Assembly: GCA_964019335.1 (NCBI GenBank)
Contig: OZ025653.1
Location: 813,311-877,310, forward strand
DNA: 64,000 bases
Source: Diplonema japonicum
Lineage: Eukaryota; Protista; Euglenozoa: Diplonemea
Direction of reading: 5' to 3'
A program made the position numbers and the translations under genes. How positions within the stretch are numbered: the first letter of the stretch is position 1; each line of letters begins with the position of its first letter. The notes beneath the pieces are model-generated. The model had not been told where the DNA came from, made no database searches, and saw nothing but the letters and a program-made list of their open reading frames with translations. Below, one piece after another: positions 33,962 to 48,392 of this stretch.

Positions 33962-36900
33962 ATGGGCAACTGCTGTAGCAGTGAAGAACCGCAACCACGG
34001 AATCGTAAGAAGCTGATGCCCGCGCATGAAACGTCGCGTCAGCCGCAGAAGCCGATTGGTGTGGACCGGTCTGCCCTGAGGAGCTACCAGGAGTGGGGCA
34101 GGGCAATGAATGTGTACACGTCCACGATGACCATTCGTTTCGATTCGGACCCTCATCTCAAGCGCAGAATGCAAGAAAGCTCAGAACACACGCTGAATCT
34201 ACACCACGGAGGGGTACGGCGGGAGTCACGCGAGTGCAGGATGGCAGTTGAAAACGTAGTCAACACAGTGCCCCTTGAAGCGTACTTCCCTGAGCCCGCG
34301 CCCCCTGTGGACGCAGCAAGTGCTAACCGCTTGTTTGAACTACAGGAGAACGCTATATGGAGCGCATTAAAAGACGTAGGCATGAAACTTGTTCTTGACC
34401 GGGTCCTACCTTCCGAAGGCCCCGTCTACCCAGCACCCATGGACGAACCCTTCCACAAAAGAAGAGAGTTCGCTCCTATGCCTAGCACATCACCCGAACC
34501 ACAAGAGTACGAACATCAACAGCAGCAGCCCCAGAAACAAGAACGCATGCCCCTGAATGCTCGCACAAGACAGACACCGGAACCTCAGTTTGCCCAACCA
34601 CAACCCCAATATCAGCAAACTCAGAATGAACCGCAGAAACCACATGAACAAGATCCGCATCAGTACAACTACCGCCATCCAACACCCCAACTTTCGCAAG
34701 ATCGCGACCCTGGCTTTGACCCTGAAAGGTCCATGACTCTTAGCGCTCTTATTACAGACGAATCGAGGCCTAGCAACTACAAGATCAGTGCTCAAACATT
34801 CGAGCCAGTCGAAGATCGTAAAAGCCAGGCATCACCTCCGAATGTCCACACACCGCACAGCATGGTCTCGGATGCCCAACTCAGGGGTATAGCTACGCCT
34901 GTTGCAATAGAAGCTGCAGGTGAACCCTCAATGTGCAAGAGCACAAGTGACTGGACCCCACGAAAGGTAGAAACACCGAAAGGTCTCAGTTCGGCACGCC
35001 TGAGGGTAGATGTGCCTCTCGTAAGTGACAGGGACAGGACCATGACTGCATCGACACAAGGCCTTGTATCTGCACGCATCCCATTGTCGCCGAAGGAACG
35101 TGACACACTCGACTCACCTGTTGACATTTACAACGCGTTGCAGACAACGCCCTGCATTGAGTCCTGCCACCTTATCAAGGCCCCGATAATCACTTCGCAG
35201 AACCGCGAGGAGCTCTACGACGACAATGGCGTGCCCATCAACGTAGTGCAGATGATTGAGGACAATAAAGTACTCTTCTGGAATGGGAACACAAATTTGC
35301 AGTTCATTGTCGACATGTTGGATGTCGAACCGGGCAGTGACGCCAAGGTGGAGTACGACTCTGATATGAAAGCAGAGGTCGTCTCAGCAGTCGTGTTCCC
35401 TGGTGAGACAAGGACCGTGTGCCAGAATTGGAATCAGTCGACGTTCCCAAAGTCAAGGTGGAAACTCGAGACACTGAGCGATGAGTACCTGAAATGGAAA
35501 AAAGCGGAGTTCGACCATTACATCTTTGATAGTTACCAGGACCAGAATAAACTCGTCGACAGCAGCTGGGAAGAGGCACAGGTACTGGATGAGATAATAC
35601 GACGCAATCATATGTTCATCGACTTGTGGTTCCTGCCTGGTGATCCGTCTCTGCTTGGGAAGGACCCGCTGGCTGCTGCCGAGATACCTGAATCGGTGTT
35701 GAAGTGTGGTTGGAGTAGGCACTACTTACCGCTTGATTCGCCTGATAAGGTTTTGTTTGACAGGAAACCAGTTTCTTCTGATGTCGACGTGTTCACTTCG
35801 CCGCTAGGCAACAGGTGGCTTCTGTGCGCTTTGGCCTCTATGTGCGACTACAACAACTTCATCAACAGCGACATCGACTTCATAGGTTCTATTTTCTCCC
35901 TCTGCACACCTGAAATGTGCGCAACTGGTGGCTACAAGCTCATGCTGTGCAAAGATGGGTGGTGGAGCTCTGTCATTGTTGACGACGTGCTCCCGATGAG
36001 CTTCAACAACCTTGCGTTCGCATCTGACACTGGTGGGCCTCACCGGCAGTGGATACCCCTGGTGGAAAAGGCTTTGGCGAAGCTGTGCGGATCATACGCA
36101 TCACTTACTGGTGGGGGTTGCATTGACGAAGCGCTAGTGGACCTGACGGGATTCCCTGTAAAGTCCTACAGCGGAGAGGCATGGGATGACATGAAGGAGG
36201 TGATGATTGAGCTTATTGAAGAGTGGACCCAAAAGAAGTATCTCATTATATTGACAACACCACCAGAAGACGAAGAACCAGTTCAAGGCTTTGAGAAGCT
36301 TGGACTCGGAATGGGTTGTGGATACACAATCATAGGAACCGACGAGGACAAGGTGTTGATCAAGAACCCGTGGGGTGAGAACAACGATCTGACGGTGGTA
36401 TGGGACGAGGTGTACAACCTCTTTTCTGGGCTCACTGTGTCCTTTATTGAGCCTTCATTTAAAGAGATTAGAATCTCAATGCCCGTGGACACATCAGGCA
36501 TTATGTATCCTTTTGGTGTTCAGATAGATCTCGCAGAAGGTACCCCCCCTGTGCGGGCTCACATTCACGCACACCAGCGTGACAAGCGGCTGGATCCTGA
36601 AATAGAGCAGTATGGTGTGATGATGGTGACTGTGCTGGGGTACATGGGAGACGGCGAATGGATCAAGGTAAAAACTGTGAACGAGTGGCAGCCGCGTGAT
36701 ATGATTGTAAGTGATGATGATGATGCCGATCCTGCCGTACTGCTGCGCAGCAGCGACCATAGAACATACTTCATTGCATGGCACATGCACCCACGTGCCA
36801 GAACAAGGGACAGCATCGTCGCATCTATTAGTTACGAGCCCGTTGCTGAGGAAATAGGAACTCTCACCTTCAAAGAGAACGCCGATTGGGACTATACCAA

Positions 36901-37059
36901 CGGTATGTCACACACCACACCGCACCACACCACACCACAGGCAATATCAAGACAAGCTTCGACGTAACGGAGCTGGCGCCCGTCGAAGTTTACATTCAAA
37001 AACGTGATAGCTTAGCAGCGCCCATCGATGCAGGGCTTGTTTCTTCTATCTCGCTGTAG
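33962..37059 (+). CDS. N-acylated calpain-like protein, predicted catalytically inactive (intron 36903-36940)
   Basis: MGNCCS N-terminus; CysPc motifs LGNRWLLCALA, GWWSSVIVDD, WIPLVEKALAKLCGSYASL, DLTGFP, KNPWG; VVFPGET DUF1935-like segment. Confidence 0.88.
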
Positions 37060-37291
37060 TTACTCTATTGTATTTCTGTTTCCACTTAGGTGAGCAATAT
37101 AAAGCTGTAGAGCGAGGTCTGTAGTGTCGACGAGATAACCTGCCACCGATCAAGGATAGAAGTTCCGAGGTTTCTGTACACAACAAAATAGCCCGCTGTT
37201 GCTTTGACTGTTTTAGTTTTGTTTCTTTCCCTAGTTAACTTATTCTACATTTTTCTTTCCTAAACCTCTGAAGCTCCAATTGCAGGTAAAG

Positions 37292-40200
37292 ATGGAGGCC
37301 GAGAGGGGCGTAGTAGAAGAACTGGTCGCCTCATTGCGTGTGTTGGGAGTTGTCCCGAAGCCATCGGAACTCGACGTTGACAGCAAAAAGGCGCTGAGGG
37401 CTTTGAAGGAGCTTTATACGTTGTTAAAGAAGGTCGTGGTGAAAATTGATGAAATCGGCACGGGGAGCTGGGAGCAAGTGTGCAGCAATGACCTGATAGC
37501 TGCAAGGGGGTGTATGGAAGAGTTCATGAGCGAGTATGCGAAGCTACCTGACGAATGTGTCAGCATGCCTTCCTCTACACTGCTGCAGAAAACACTCTCA
37601 GATTTTTCATCCAAGATCAACATCTGCTTGTTGGCCCTGGACTCCCCTCTTGGAGACTGTCATTGGCAGCAACTCTTTGACACACGGGATGAGCCTTATA
37701 GTAGTACATTCAATCTATCGCAACTCTTTGACGTACTTTGCGATCCTGAGTCCATCGAGATGTTGGAGTCATTAATCGTGATGTCGAAGAATGACGAGTT
37801 GATGGAGAGCAAGATACACGAACTGAAAGAACAGATGCAATCGAAGTTAGTTCCTTTAAAAAACAATGAAATCAACATACCTGCCGTGCACCAGCTGCTA
37901 GGCGACTTGTCAGACCTGAAGCGCAACCTACATGCGATTACGGAGGAGAAGTGTGGTCCGTCTGTTCTCAATCTGTGTGAGTCCACATTGGAGCTGGTTA
38001 CCAAGATGAAGAATGTTGTGGACATGTGGTGCGACTTGGTCCAAACACTACGTGAAATCAAAGAGCTCCTAAAAAACCCTCGCGTTATGGCGGTCATGCA
38101 AAACGAGATAGAGATGCTCACAGATGCCGAGGTGGACCTCGAGGAAGTCACCAAAACGATGGCTGCTTGCGATAACAATCTGCTTTTCCCGCTCATCGAA
38201 AACGAGCACAGGAAAGATGAGTTAGAGGGTCACATCGAGGAGGGCCGTAGTAAGGTTCTGAAGGTGAAAGCGCGGCTTTCGGACACAGTCCTTGAAGTCT
38301 GTTCTCGCTTTCCGAAGTTTCACCTTCTTGATGAGCAAGTCTTGCTTCAGGTTATCACAGCAGGGAACGATGTAAATGTCATCCAACAGTTCCTCCCACT
38401 GCTGTTCCCTTCAATAACAAATTTTGTTACCAACGGGTCTGGGGGAAACCTCTCCATACTAGGCGTCGTTATGCACGAAGGGGAGCGGCTCATGTTTGAA
38501 CAGCCGTTGCACGTACCTCATAATCACAAATTCACGGACTGGGTCGTTGACCTGCAGAAATGCATTGACGCAACCATAAAAAACCTTCTTGTTGACGTGA
38601 CCCGCTACTCGACGCTTATCCGCGATGGCAAGGCTGTCATAGATATAGAGTATTTGAACCGCTTCCCAGGTGCACTAGCGTCCGTGGGTCTGTACTTAGC
38701 ATGGACATCGCTTGTAGAAGGCTCTTTAGGCATAAGTCCCGTGATACGTTCCTCCCTCGTATCTGAGCACAGGACCAAGCCAGGGTTGGGTCCTATTGAG
38801 GGACAACAGGAGAATGCACCATGCAGATTCGCTCTGAACCGTCCCATGTCAGCCCAAAAGCAGCCTTCTCACAGGAGACCTGCCACAGCTGACCATCGAC
38901 TGCGGCAACTGACTTCGACACAAGTGGCAGACTCTGTGATGGTATGAGAGATGCTAAACAAACAACACCGCCAGATCCGCCCTGGCTCCGCTGGCACGAA
39001 GACAAAGACTAAGAAAGAAGATGAAGACAAACCTACTAAATCGTATGCGACGAACATTTTTTGCACGTTGATACAGGAAGCGTCGGTCCTCTGCCAAAGC
39101 CGCGAGGGGGAAAAAGGTGATTACTGAAGAAAAAGCAAGCACCCAGAAAGCTAGTAGGAAAAGCGTGGCGAGGATGACTGCTGTGAGGCCTGGTTCGGGG
39201 CTGCGTTGTACTGAACTTACAGAAGGGTTTGTGAAATCGGGTAAAGTGTTCTTAGAAGAAGATGGGGCTAAGCAAGCCACATGTGGGTTACCCGTTGGGG
39301 GAGCAGTGGCTGCAAGCAAGTGTAAATGGGTAACAAGTCTTGGCTCAACAGACGTGCACAACAAGCTGATGAATTTAATGAACCACTGCGTGTCCCTGAC
39401 AAAAGGATACCTCCCGAAGATGAAGCGAGTTCAAATTGAGAGCATAATCAACCACTTAAACTACTTGATATCAATTTTGAAGTCTGACGAACTGAAAAAT
39501 GTTGAGTCGCCAGAGGACTTTGCGTGGCAAAGACAGCTACGTTTTTACAACTCAAAGCAAGTGAGCTGTTTAATTAAGATAGGCAGCGCTTGTTTGGACT
39601 TCGGAACAGAGCTGCACAGCTCGTACACAAGGAGCGTCATCACAGGCCAGACGTCCAGCATGTGGTTGCATTTGTCGCAAGCCATCTCGTTACACTTTGG
39701 AGCTGTGTTCAGGACACAGGACGTTGCTTGCATCGACAGCGTGCAAGACCTCGCTGCCATTGTCGCACGCTTTGTCCCTGTTTTGTCCTGTAGCGCCAAA
39801 GTGCAATCAACACAGCTTACGTCCTTCTTCATTGGTGTCATCCTCACAGGAAGCTGGGGCGTGTTAAAAGACGTCACTTCTTTAGATCTTGGAGTTCTGG
39901 CCACGGCGGGTGTGCTTTGTGACCGAATGCATGCGGCACAGAAGGGGTTTGTTAAAATCGGTGGTAGTACTCACAGAATGCGTCCTAGTGCAACAGTGTT
40001 CGCGACACTTTCAAATGAAGTTGGTGTGGCTTTACCTCCGGAGTTGCGCTCTCGTTTTAGAACTCTCAACATGCCTCCCCCGGACCTGACTGCGACTGCT
40101 TACTCATTACTGGTCACTGCAGGTTTTGACAACCCTGAGATTACAGCTTCCAAGCTCGCAACTCTCCTGAAGCTCCTCGCGACCGTAACTGCAAAGAGCA

Positions 40201-43200
40201 GGCCCCAATACCTGTTTGAGCACCAGCTGTTGCGTATTATATTGCAAAAAGCAAGTTCGCTGTTGCGAAGGAAAACGACAAAACCTGACAAGCGGCACCG
40301 CATCCAGGATGTCGTTATCGTGAAGATCTTGAAAGAGGTTGTGCTATCCTTGTGCAGCTGCGATGATGTCAACGCGGTCAACGAAGCCATCACAGACGTC
40401 TTCCCTGAGCAGTTGTCGCTTGTGTGTCATATTAAGATCAGCGAAGTTATGGCTTCTTGCATTCAACACAAGAAGATGTCGCCCAGCAAGCTCTGGTCGG
40501 AAAGAGTTCTTAGCATGTACGAGCTTCATTCATCAGTGAGGTCTCTACTCTTGTTGGGTGCTCCTTTCTGTGGCAAGACAACGGCACTTGATGTCTTACG
40601 GAACGTGCTGGCTAATATTTGCTGCAACGAACAGACTGAAGTGCGCCTGTACCCTCATTCGTATAACCAAGCGGAGTTCTGGGGGTCACTGTCTGAAAGG
40701 TACGAGTGGGTTGAAGGGGTTTTCGTACTCGCCTTGCGAAAATTGGATAATAAAAGCTCGTGGCTGGTCCTCGATGGACCTTTCAACTTCGCAGAAGACA
40801 TCCGCACCCTTCTGGCACCGCATGCCGTTTTCATGAAGGAGCCTCTACAAGCCCCTGTCCCGCTTTCGCACGTTACAAAATTTATCGTTGAAACCGACAG
40901 CGCCGCAGACGTCGCGCCCTCTGTGGTGTCAAGCTTCGGGATTGTTTACTTTGACACTGTTGTGCTTCCTTGGCTTGCGCATGTTGAGAGGATGCAGCGC
41001 AGTGCTTGTAACAAGATGGAAGAGGTGCTTGATGAGGTGAAAAAACTGTGCGGAAAATATTTTGAATCAGCTTGTAACTTCATCGCACGCCAGTGCGGGC
41101 ATTTTGTGAACATATGTCATACTGTACATTCACTAGTCGCCTTGATTGAAGCAATGCTCGGTACCCCCAATGCACGGATTAGCACGCTTGCCGTCGTGCG
41201 ATGCTTCTGGTGGTGCCTGTCTTGGACATTGGCGGCATCCCTGCCGCGAAGTGCGAAGGAAGCCTTTTATCAAACGATCGTCAAACCAAACATGAACGAG
41301 GCCATCCCCGACGACGTGACGCTTTTCGACTACTCCTTCGACCCACAGATCTCGGAATTCGTGCCCATGAATGGCATGGACAAGACAGAGGCATATGGTA
41401 TTGGCCCACCGGACAAGCTTGCACAACAATGTATCCTGTCGCTCATTCAGCCAGCGCCTTACCTTCTCCAAGTTGCTCATTCACACGGCCTGAATGTGGT
41501 CCTCAACAGCATCAGCAGAGATGGAAAGACTACATTAGCTGAGCACCATTTACGAAATTCCAAAGAAAAATGGTTGAGAATGGGTTACGCCTCTAATTGC
41601 AACATCGGCGAGCTTAAATCCACGATAGGTGACAAGAAGCTGGTGCTTATTGATGACGTGAATGTAAATCAGAACCATCCTGTGGACGCATTCTATGAGT
41701 TGCTGGCTTCCAGCGTGACACAGAAGTGGATATGTACATCTAGTACGCCTCATGGCACAACTCACCCGGCAAAGAGACTGCTCAGCAGGTTCGTACTAGT
41801 ACATTGTTATTTGAACTCAGACGGCTGTAGTGATTCGTTCACTCCCCTGTTTAAGCAAACGCTTTCGCCTTCCTTGGGGAAAATACCAGAGCTTTTGTCC
41901 CCAATAACATTGAGGACAATGAAGTTACTATCTAACAGAGGGTGCGCTGTATTGAACGTGCAGGCAATAATGAAGGTCGTTGCTACTGTCGCTACAGCTA
42001 GTGAAGACTTAAACGCGAAGCAAGTCATCTCTCTGTGGAAGACATCTGTTGCAGATATGTGTCAAGCGCCTGATGAACGCGCAACTGAATGCTGCACGCG
42101 TGCTCTTAATGAGTACCTCCCCGACCTCATCATGCCTAACAGCCAAACACACTTTCTTGCTGATTCGTCGCGCAGGCTGTCAGCTGCTATTCCAGAGACA
42201 ACTCCCTCATTATCTAAGCATGCGCCTCACCACCTACACCCTTCCCTGGTACAAACAGTCGCGGCCTTGTCGCGGCATCTTGTAAGGATGAATTCTCACA
42301 TCGTACTTTGTGGCCCTCCCGGATCTGGAAAGAAGATGCTTGCTCGCACCACCGCAAAGCTGTTGGGAATGCACATCGTCGAAGGCCTGCCTCTTTGTCA
42401 GAGCCACACTGAGGCATACCATGCAGCAGCATCTGGCAAGCATGTTGTATTCCTTGTGTCGAATTATAGACAAGAGCAGTTGAACCTGATCACGGATTTG
42501 ATGCAAGGGCTCGTGGTGGGCGGACAAGAAGCAAAAACTCTTCAAGAAGAGTTAGTACAAACACACGGAGACTCTTCTGCTGCTTTAGTTAAACCAATCA
42601 TCACGGACATTAAATATGAAGATAGCTGGAATCTTATAAAGCGCATGCTTGCAAACCACATCCACGTTGTTCTGTGCCACGAGGAACCAGTGCCCGAGCT
42701 GGAAAAACACGCCTCTGTTGTGGTGATCCCGCCACATACAGTGGAGGATGCCGAGTCTGTGGTGAGCCATGTTCTACAGGACAGTCATGGTGTTAGCATT
42801 GACCACAAAGCTCTTGGCACGGCTCTGGAAAAAATACACACCTGGGTACAATCGCAGTTGAAAAGAAACTGGAACCACACAGTACGTGCAATCCCTAGGT
42901 TGCTAACCTTGGCTGCTCTGCAGATGAAGGAAATTCTAAGGTCTCAGCAAGCATACATTTCAGAGGCGGAGCACACAGCGAGACTTGCGAAGCCTCTTCT
43001 CAAGCACTCAACCCATTTGATGGAAGGAACGGGCACCATACCCAAGGCATTGATCCCAGAGTTACCTTACATTCACTTTCAAGGAAGTTACATGACTGCT
43101 GAAGGGCAAGATGTGCCTGTGAGGCTTGTTTTCTTTATCGACCACACTGACAATCGAGTGGAGAACGTGCAATTTGCTGGCTATTTCACGTGCATGAATG

Positions 43201-46200
43201 AGCAACCTCTCTATTGTGTGCAGGGAATGGCAGACATTGAGACATGTGGTGCGGACCTCAGAATCGGTGCCTTCAAAGGCAGCTTGAACCACGAAGAAGG
43301 TGAGTGGAAGTACAATGGCATCATCGAAGGGTACGACTTCACTGTCACAGAAGTAGTTCCTTTAGAACCGTCGCATGTGTGGTTGAGGGGGGAGTTTTCA
43401 ACAGGGAAGGCGGTGGATCCACCAGGGGTTAGCGACGGTGCAGGAAGTACGACGAAGAAGGTACATGACTTAATAGAAGCTGAGAGGCAACGTGTGTGGT
43501 CCAAGATGGCTGAATTAGCACCCAGTAGCATAGTGAGCGATGCATTCGTCGCTGCAACAACACTTGTTTACGGATCCAGTCTTCCGTCAGAATGCAGAGA
43601 TATTCTGTTCGAGTTCGCAAAGCGTGTAGCGAAGGAGCACCTTGCAGAGGTCAGTCGTTGTGCTGACCGCTGGGGTGTTTATAGTGTGTATTTGGGTGTT
43701 GGAACAGCAGAGGCAAACAATTTTTTGCTGACAGCTGTTACAAACAAACTCCCCCTTGGAACTGCTTGGTCTGATTTAGCTGTTGCCATGTCAACTGTGT
43801 CTCATGCTTCATCACCCGAGAATGGCAAACTGCGTGTCCCATACGTCTACGACCCGCACTATCTTCTCACACAATGGATACGACGAAGTGAGGAGATATT
43901 CCAGGAAGGCTTCTCTGATGTATTGTGCATGCAGGCAGATGACCCGACCCTAGACGGAGTGTTTATTGACGCTGTCAGAAGGGGAAGGACGCTGCTCATC
44001 GAAGGTGTGCAAAGCGAGCATTGGGCGAAACTGGAACTCTTCTTGTCTCTGGAACTGGACACTTCGGTGGGTAAGGCTCGCTGCCGGCATCCGCTTTTCA
44101 CTGACGATTCGACTTACTCAGATAAGTTCAGAATGATCCTGATTGCAGATCCAAACATCAAGGACATCCTACCTTGTCTGCAGTCGCAGTGCACTTACTT
44201 CGACGCTTCACTGACAGGTTGTTCAGTCAAAAAACAGGTCGCGGAGATTCTTTGTAATTGCAACCAGGACTTTCATGCTGAGTTCGAGAAGCTTAATACG
44301 GAATTGGAGGTAGCAGGGGAAAAGCTCAAAATTGTAGAGAATCATTTTGCAAACTTGGAAGTGAACGCAGCCGAGACACCGCCACTTGACTGGTACTACG
44401 GCGCTGAGGCTTCTGAAGTGTTACCCCTACTGCAAAATAACTCTGCAGCATATCATAAAATACGAGGCAAGTTGCGGGTTCACCGCGAAAGCGTTGAAGC
44501 GTCACAGAAGGAGTGGGCGCCCCTTATCTCCAGGCTCGTGTCCATGTACGAGGCTGCCAACCTCACTGCAAGTCTTGTGGAGTGCCGAATGCCTATTGTG
44601 TCCCCGCTCAGACTACTCAGCTTGGTGGTGCACCTCGTGACAACAAAAGCTCCTGGTGAACGCGGGAAACATGACCTCTCAGAGCAGCTCCTTGCAAGCC
44701 TGTCGCAAATGATATTCAGAGCCACCCACGTTGATGATAGGTTGCTCCTTTCCGCCATCATGAGCATACAGCAGGAGCTGAGTGTCGAAGAGATTAAACC
44801 TGAGGGCATTGCATTTTTTGTGTCTTCGCTGGGGTCACGCAGTATAGAAGACCAATTAGCACACGAAAACAAGTGCAAGAACGATATTGAAATAATGTAC
44901 GCACAGGAAATGAAAGTTTATCACGAGAAACAAGCTCTCCTCAAACAAGATGAGGAAGACGAAGAGCAGGAGAAAGGAAAGGCCAGACCCACTTCAGCGA
45001 AGCCGAGAGCTAAAGGGAAAAAAACACAGGATCATCTGCAAATACCTCAGAAAAATCCCCTTCCCGTGACAGTCAAGCCTTCTTACAACTGGCTTTCGCA
45101 CAGCACGTGGCTTTCTGTGCTGCGGCTGTCGGAGTTAGAAATTTTCAAAAAACTACGCGAAGCTATCCACGAGACTCAGCCTGCTGGTAAGATTTCGAAA
45201 GAACAAAAGTGGCTAGAATGGTTCAACACTTTGGGGAAAATTCCTGAGTATGAAAAGGTCCATTTGAGCAAATTCGAGAAGATGATGTTGGTGCTTGCCG
45301 CCCGTCCCGACAAAGCAGTTGGCTCTCTGCGAAAGTACTTCACTGACATATGCAAACATTTCGACCCGTACACACTCATCACACCGCTGGGTCCTGATGT
45401 CTACGCTTTGTCGCAGTACAATGTGCCCGTCACCTTCGTGCTTTCCGAGAACGACTCAGATGCCGAATGTCTGAGCTGCATAAACGGATTGGCACAGTCC
45501 AAGAAAGCAGTCTTGACTGACAGCGCATGCATCACCATGCAGCACGGAAGCGAGCAAGCTGCTCTCAGTAAGGCAAAGCAGGGCTTGGAATCAGGTTCGT
45601 GGGTATTCCTTGCCAATACACACTGCTGCACTGCCACTTTCATGCGCGATCTTTCACTCTGTATCCGCGAGTTCCAGAATCCCAATAAGAACTTCAGGCT
45701 ATTCTTAACGTATCGTAGAAGCGGCACGAGCGAAGCAAATGTACCACAGTTCATAGCGAACTCGCTATGCATCGCCGGCAGTGGCTGTCGGGGGGTGAAG
45801 AACCTGATGACAACCCTCTACAAGGGTATAGAGGATAAAACACTGCATGCAATGAAGACTCTTGAATGGCAGAGGTTGCTGTTTGCTGTTATGCTTGTAG
45901 TGGTAATTGCACACGAGAGAAGGTGTTTCATGACTGCCATGCAAAGGGACGCACCCGCTCCTGCGGACATAAACATTGCTGACGCACATCTTGTTGTTTC
46001 CGCACTACACCAGCACATGTCCACCTTGCGAGATGCCGACAAGCACAAAGAAGCCAAAATAGGTGTTACTTCATGGCGCATGGTGCGCCACATTTTAACA
46101 GAGCTCCTTGGCTTGTCTCTATCTCAGGAAGAGGAACTTGTGATTAAGGCCCTTGTCGACTGGTGGGTGCATCCTGATGTGGTAAAACCTGGCATGAAAG

Positions 46201-47199
46201 TGTGCAAAGGGTTTACGATGCCTTCTGATGCGCAGTCCCTGAGTTCACACAGGCAGCTAATTGAGGCAATGCCCACTTCAGACTTCACAGAGTTATTCGG
46301 ATTGCTACCAGGCTGCGAAGTACGTGCACAGCAAGTGCAGGTTGAAAGGATCAAGAAGAGTTTAAGTGCATCATTTCTGAACGATGTTGTGGCCCCTGAT
46401 GTGGTACAAGCTTTTCTCAAGAAGCTGCCTGCAGGGTGGGACCCGTGTACCATAGAAGGCGTGCTTCGCCAAAAACCGTTGACGTGTCTTGCACAGCATC
46501 TTCATGTTGAGATGGTACGGTTAACTTCCTTCTTAGAAGATGTGCGCAGGGATGTTAACAGTGGTGCCTGCGAGATCCGTGATTGCGTGGTCAAGGATGA
46601 GTGGGTGCAGGGACATGGAACTCGGCTGATGTCCGAGTGGCTGCCTGCGGTGAACAATGCGAGAGAGCAGCTAGAGGCATGGAGAGTGGAAGGCGAGCCA
46701 TCAAGTCCATTGCAGTTAAGTGGATTCTCAGATGCAGAAGGCTTGTTGCTGGCCCTACGCCGTGATGCTGCACGGGCATGGAATGTGAGCTTGTCTTCTG
46801 TCCAACTCCGTAACACAATAGTCAATGTTCTCCCTCCGAGGAAAGGGAAACCCCACCTCGACGGCATAGCTCTTACAGGTCTTTACTCCAGCGGTTGTAA
46901 GTGGGATACTGCTTCGAGGTTGTTAAAAGATGCTCAGTGCAAAGACTGGTGGGCTGATCCTGTTGCGAAATTCCCTCTGCTGCATATATTTGCAACCCAG
47001 GAGCCAGATACACTTCCCCTAAATTCTCTGGTCTCGTTGCCGCTGGTCACCAACACTTCCAAGGAGCCTGTTCTTTACGTGTCTCTGCCCTCGCAGAGGG
47101 AACCTAACTACTGGGTATTGAGGGATGCTCGTATCCTTTGCAGGTTTGTAGCCTCAACGCAACAACAAGCAAAACACATACAGACATGCGAGCAGATAG
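37292..47199 (+). CDS. Highly divergent dynein heavy chain-like protein
   Basis: DHC_N2-like RFPKFHLLD; DFAWQRQLRFY; LPPELRSRFR; GAPFCGKTT; WLVLDG; GPPGSGK; GSWVFLANTH; NFRLFL; C-terminal GLYSSGCKWD; introns inferred at about 38942-38974, 39043-39076 and 47144-47183. Confidence 0.88.
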
Positions 47200-47340
47200 C
47201 TGTAAATACAGACTTTTTTTTTATGAATATTTCTAGACTCTTATGGATTCCTCCCTTCAGGTGCTTTCTAGCATCATGGGCAGCATCTACATCTTCCAGT
47301 TGTTCCATTTCCACTCGACACAAATCTCTCAGGGGTTAAT

Positions 47341-48237
47341 ATGTTACAGTACCTGTACAACTGGTCATCTGGGAATCGGACTGAGGGCCCCTCGACGAGG
47401 GTAAAGGACCTGGTTGCGGCACAGCAAGTATCACAGGAGCGGGAAAATGAAGAGCAACAGGTCTTTGGTAGAGTGCTGACTCCAAGCGAAAGGATGAATA
47501 TTGGAACGAACAGTGTTTCTGTGTTGCCGACAGCCAAATCAGTGTCTAAAGAGGGGATGCAGCTTAAGGTTTTGGAGAAGGATGCACGCAAAAAAACCCG
47601 AACAGAGTGCATGCCGTGTTGTGCTCTTATGGGATGCCTCAAATTTGGTACACCTTTGTGCATAGCAGCGGGTATCATGGTGTTATCCGACATTTCCCAT
47701 AGGCGTCTTCCCCAGGCAAGGATCAAGTATCATGTTGCTGCAGTATTTGCGCCTTTCATAGTTAGCACTCTTGTCGGACATGCCACATTCACCCATGCTT
47801 TTTATACCTTGAAACCAAGAGATGAGGGTAATCTACAGAGAGCCCTTGGGTACTACGCTGCAGGGTCGTTCTTGCTGACGTCTGTGCCATTCCTCGGCTA
47901 CCATGGCATACGGCATGTGCTCTTGCGGCCTAGAAATATTCTTAAGGCCAAGTACAATGCTAAGCTGTTTGCAAACCCAGCACCGTACAAAAAAGGCCAG
48001 CTCATTGGACTCTGGAAATCTCTTGGTGAAATAACAGCCTTAGAGTTTGGCGCATTTACGACATTCTACTCCGTTGTCTTCCCTTTGATTATTTACTTGT
48101 TCAGTTTGATAGCGGGTGGCGACATCTACCTTACCACTAAAGGCAACGAGTATATATATTCTTGTGTGTCTCCAGACACTATAAACCACATCGAGCGTGT
48201 GATGCAAGTGAGCCCCAAACCTCGGGCAGAGAGATAG
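47341..48237 (+). CDS. Hypothetical multi-pass membrane protein
   Basis: 298-aa ORF with about four hydrophobic segments, co-oriented with the gene cluster. Confidence 0.6.
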   Translation: MLQYLYNWSSGNRTEGPSTRVKDLVAAQQVSQERENEEQQVFGRVLTPSERMNIGTNSVSVLPTAKSVSKEGMQLKVLEKDARKKTRTECMPCCALMGCLKFGTPLCIAAGIMVLSDISHRRLPQARIKYHVAAVFAPFIVSTLVGHATFTHAFYTLKPRDEGNLQRALGYYAAGSFLLTSVPFLGYHGIRHVLLRPRNILKAKYNAKLFANPAPYKKGQLIGLWKSLGEITALEFGAFTTFYSVVFPLIIYLFSLIAGGDIYLTTKGNEYIYSCVSPDTINHIERVMQVSPKPRAER

Positions 48238-48392
48238 GAGAGATTGTATCAATGCTTGTGTGCTTTTCATTCACTTTAACTTCCTTTTTAAAAAGGTCGA
48301 CGTCCGTGCCAAGTGCATTATTTTACCCTGAACCTAAACCCACACAGGAACGGGGTTGGGGCAGGGCTCATTTGGTTTCGCCGCATCAACGA

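Noticed and set aside
16669-39117. Apparent frameshifts or pseudogenes in several genes
   Set aside because: Where checked, each break is explained by a short GT-AG intron that restores the frame.
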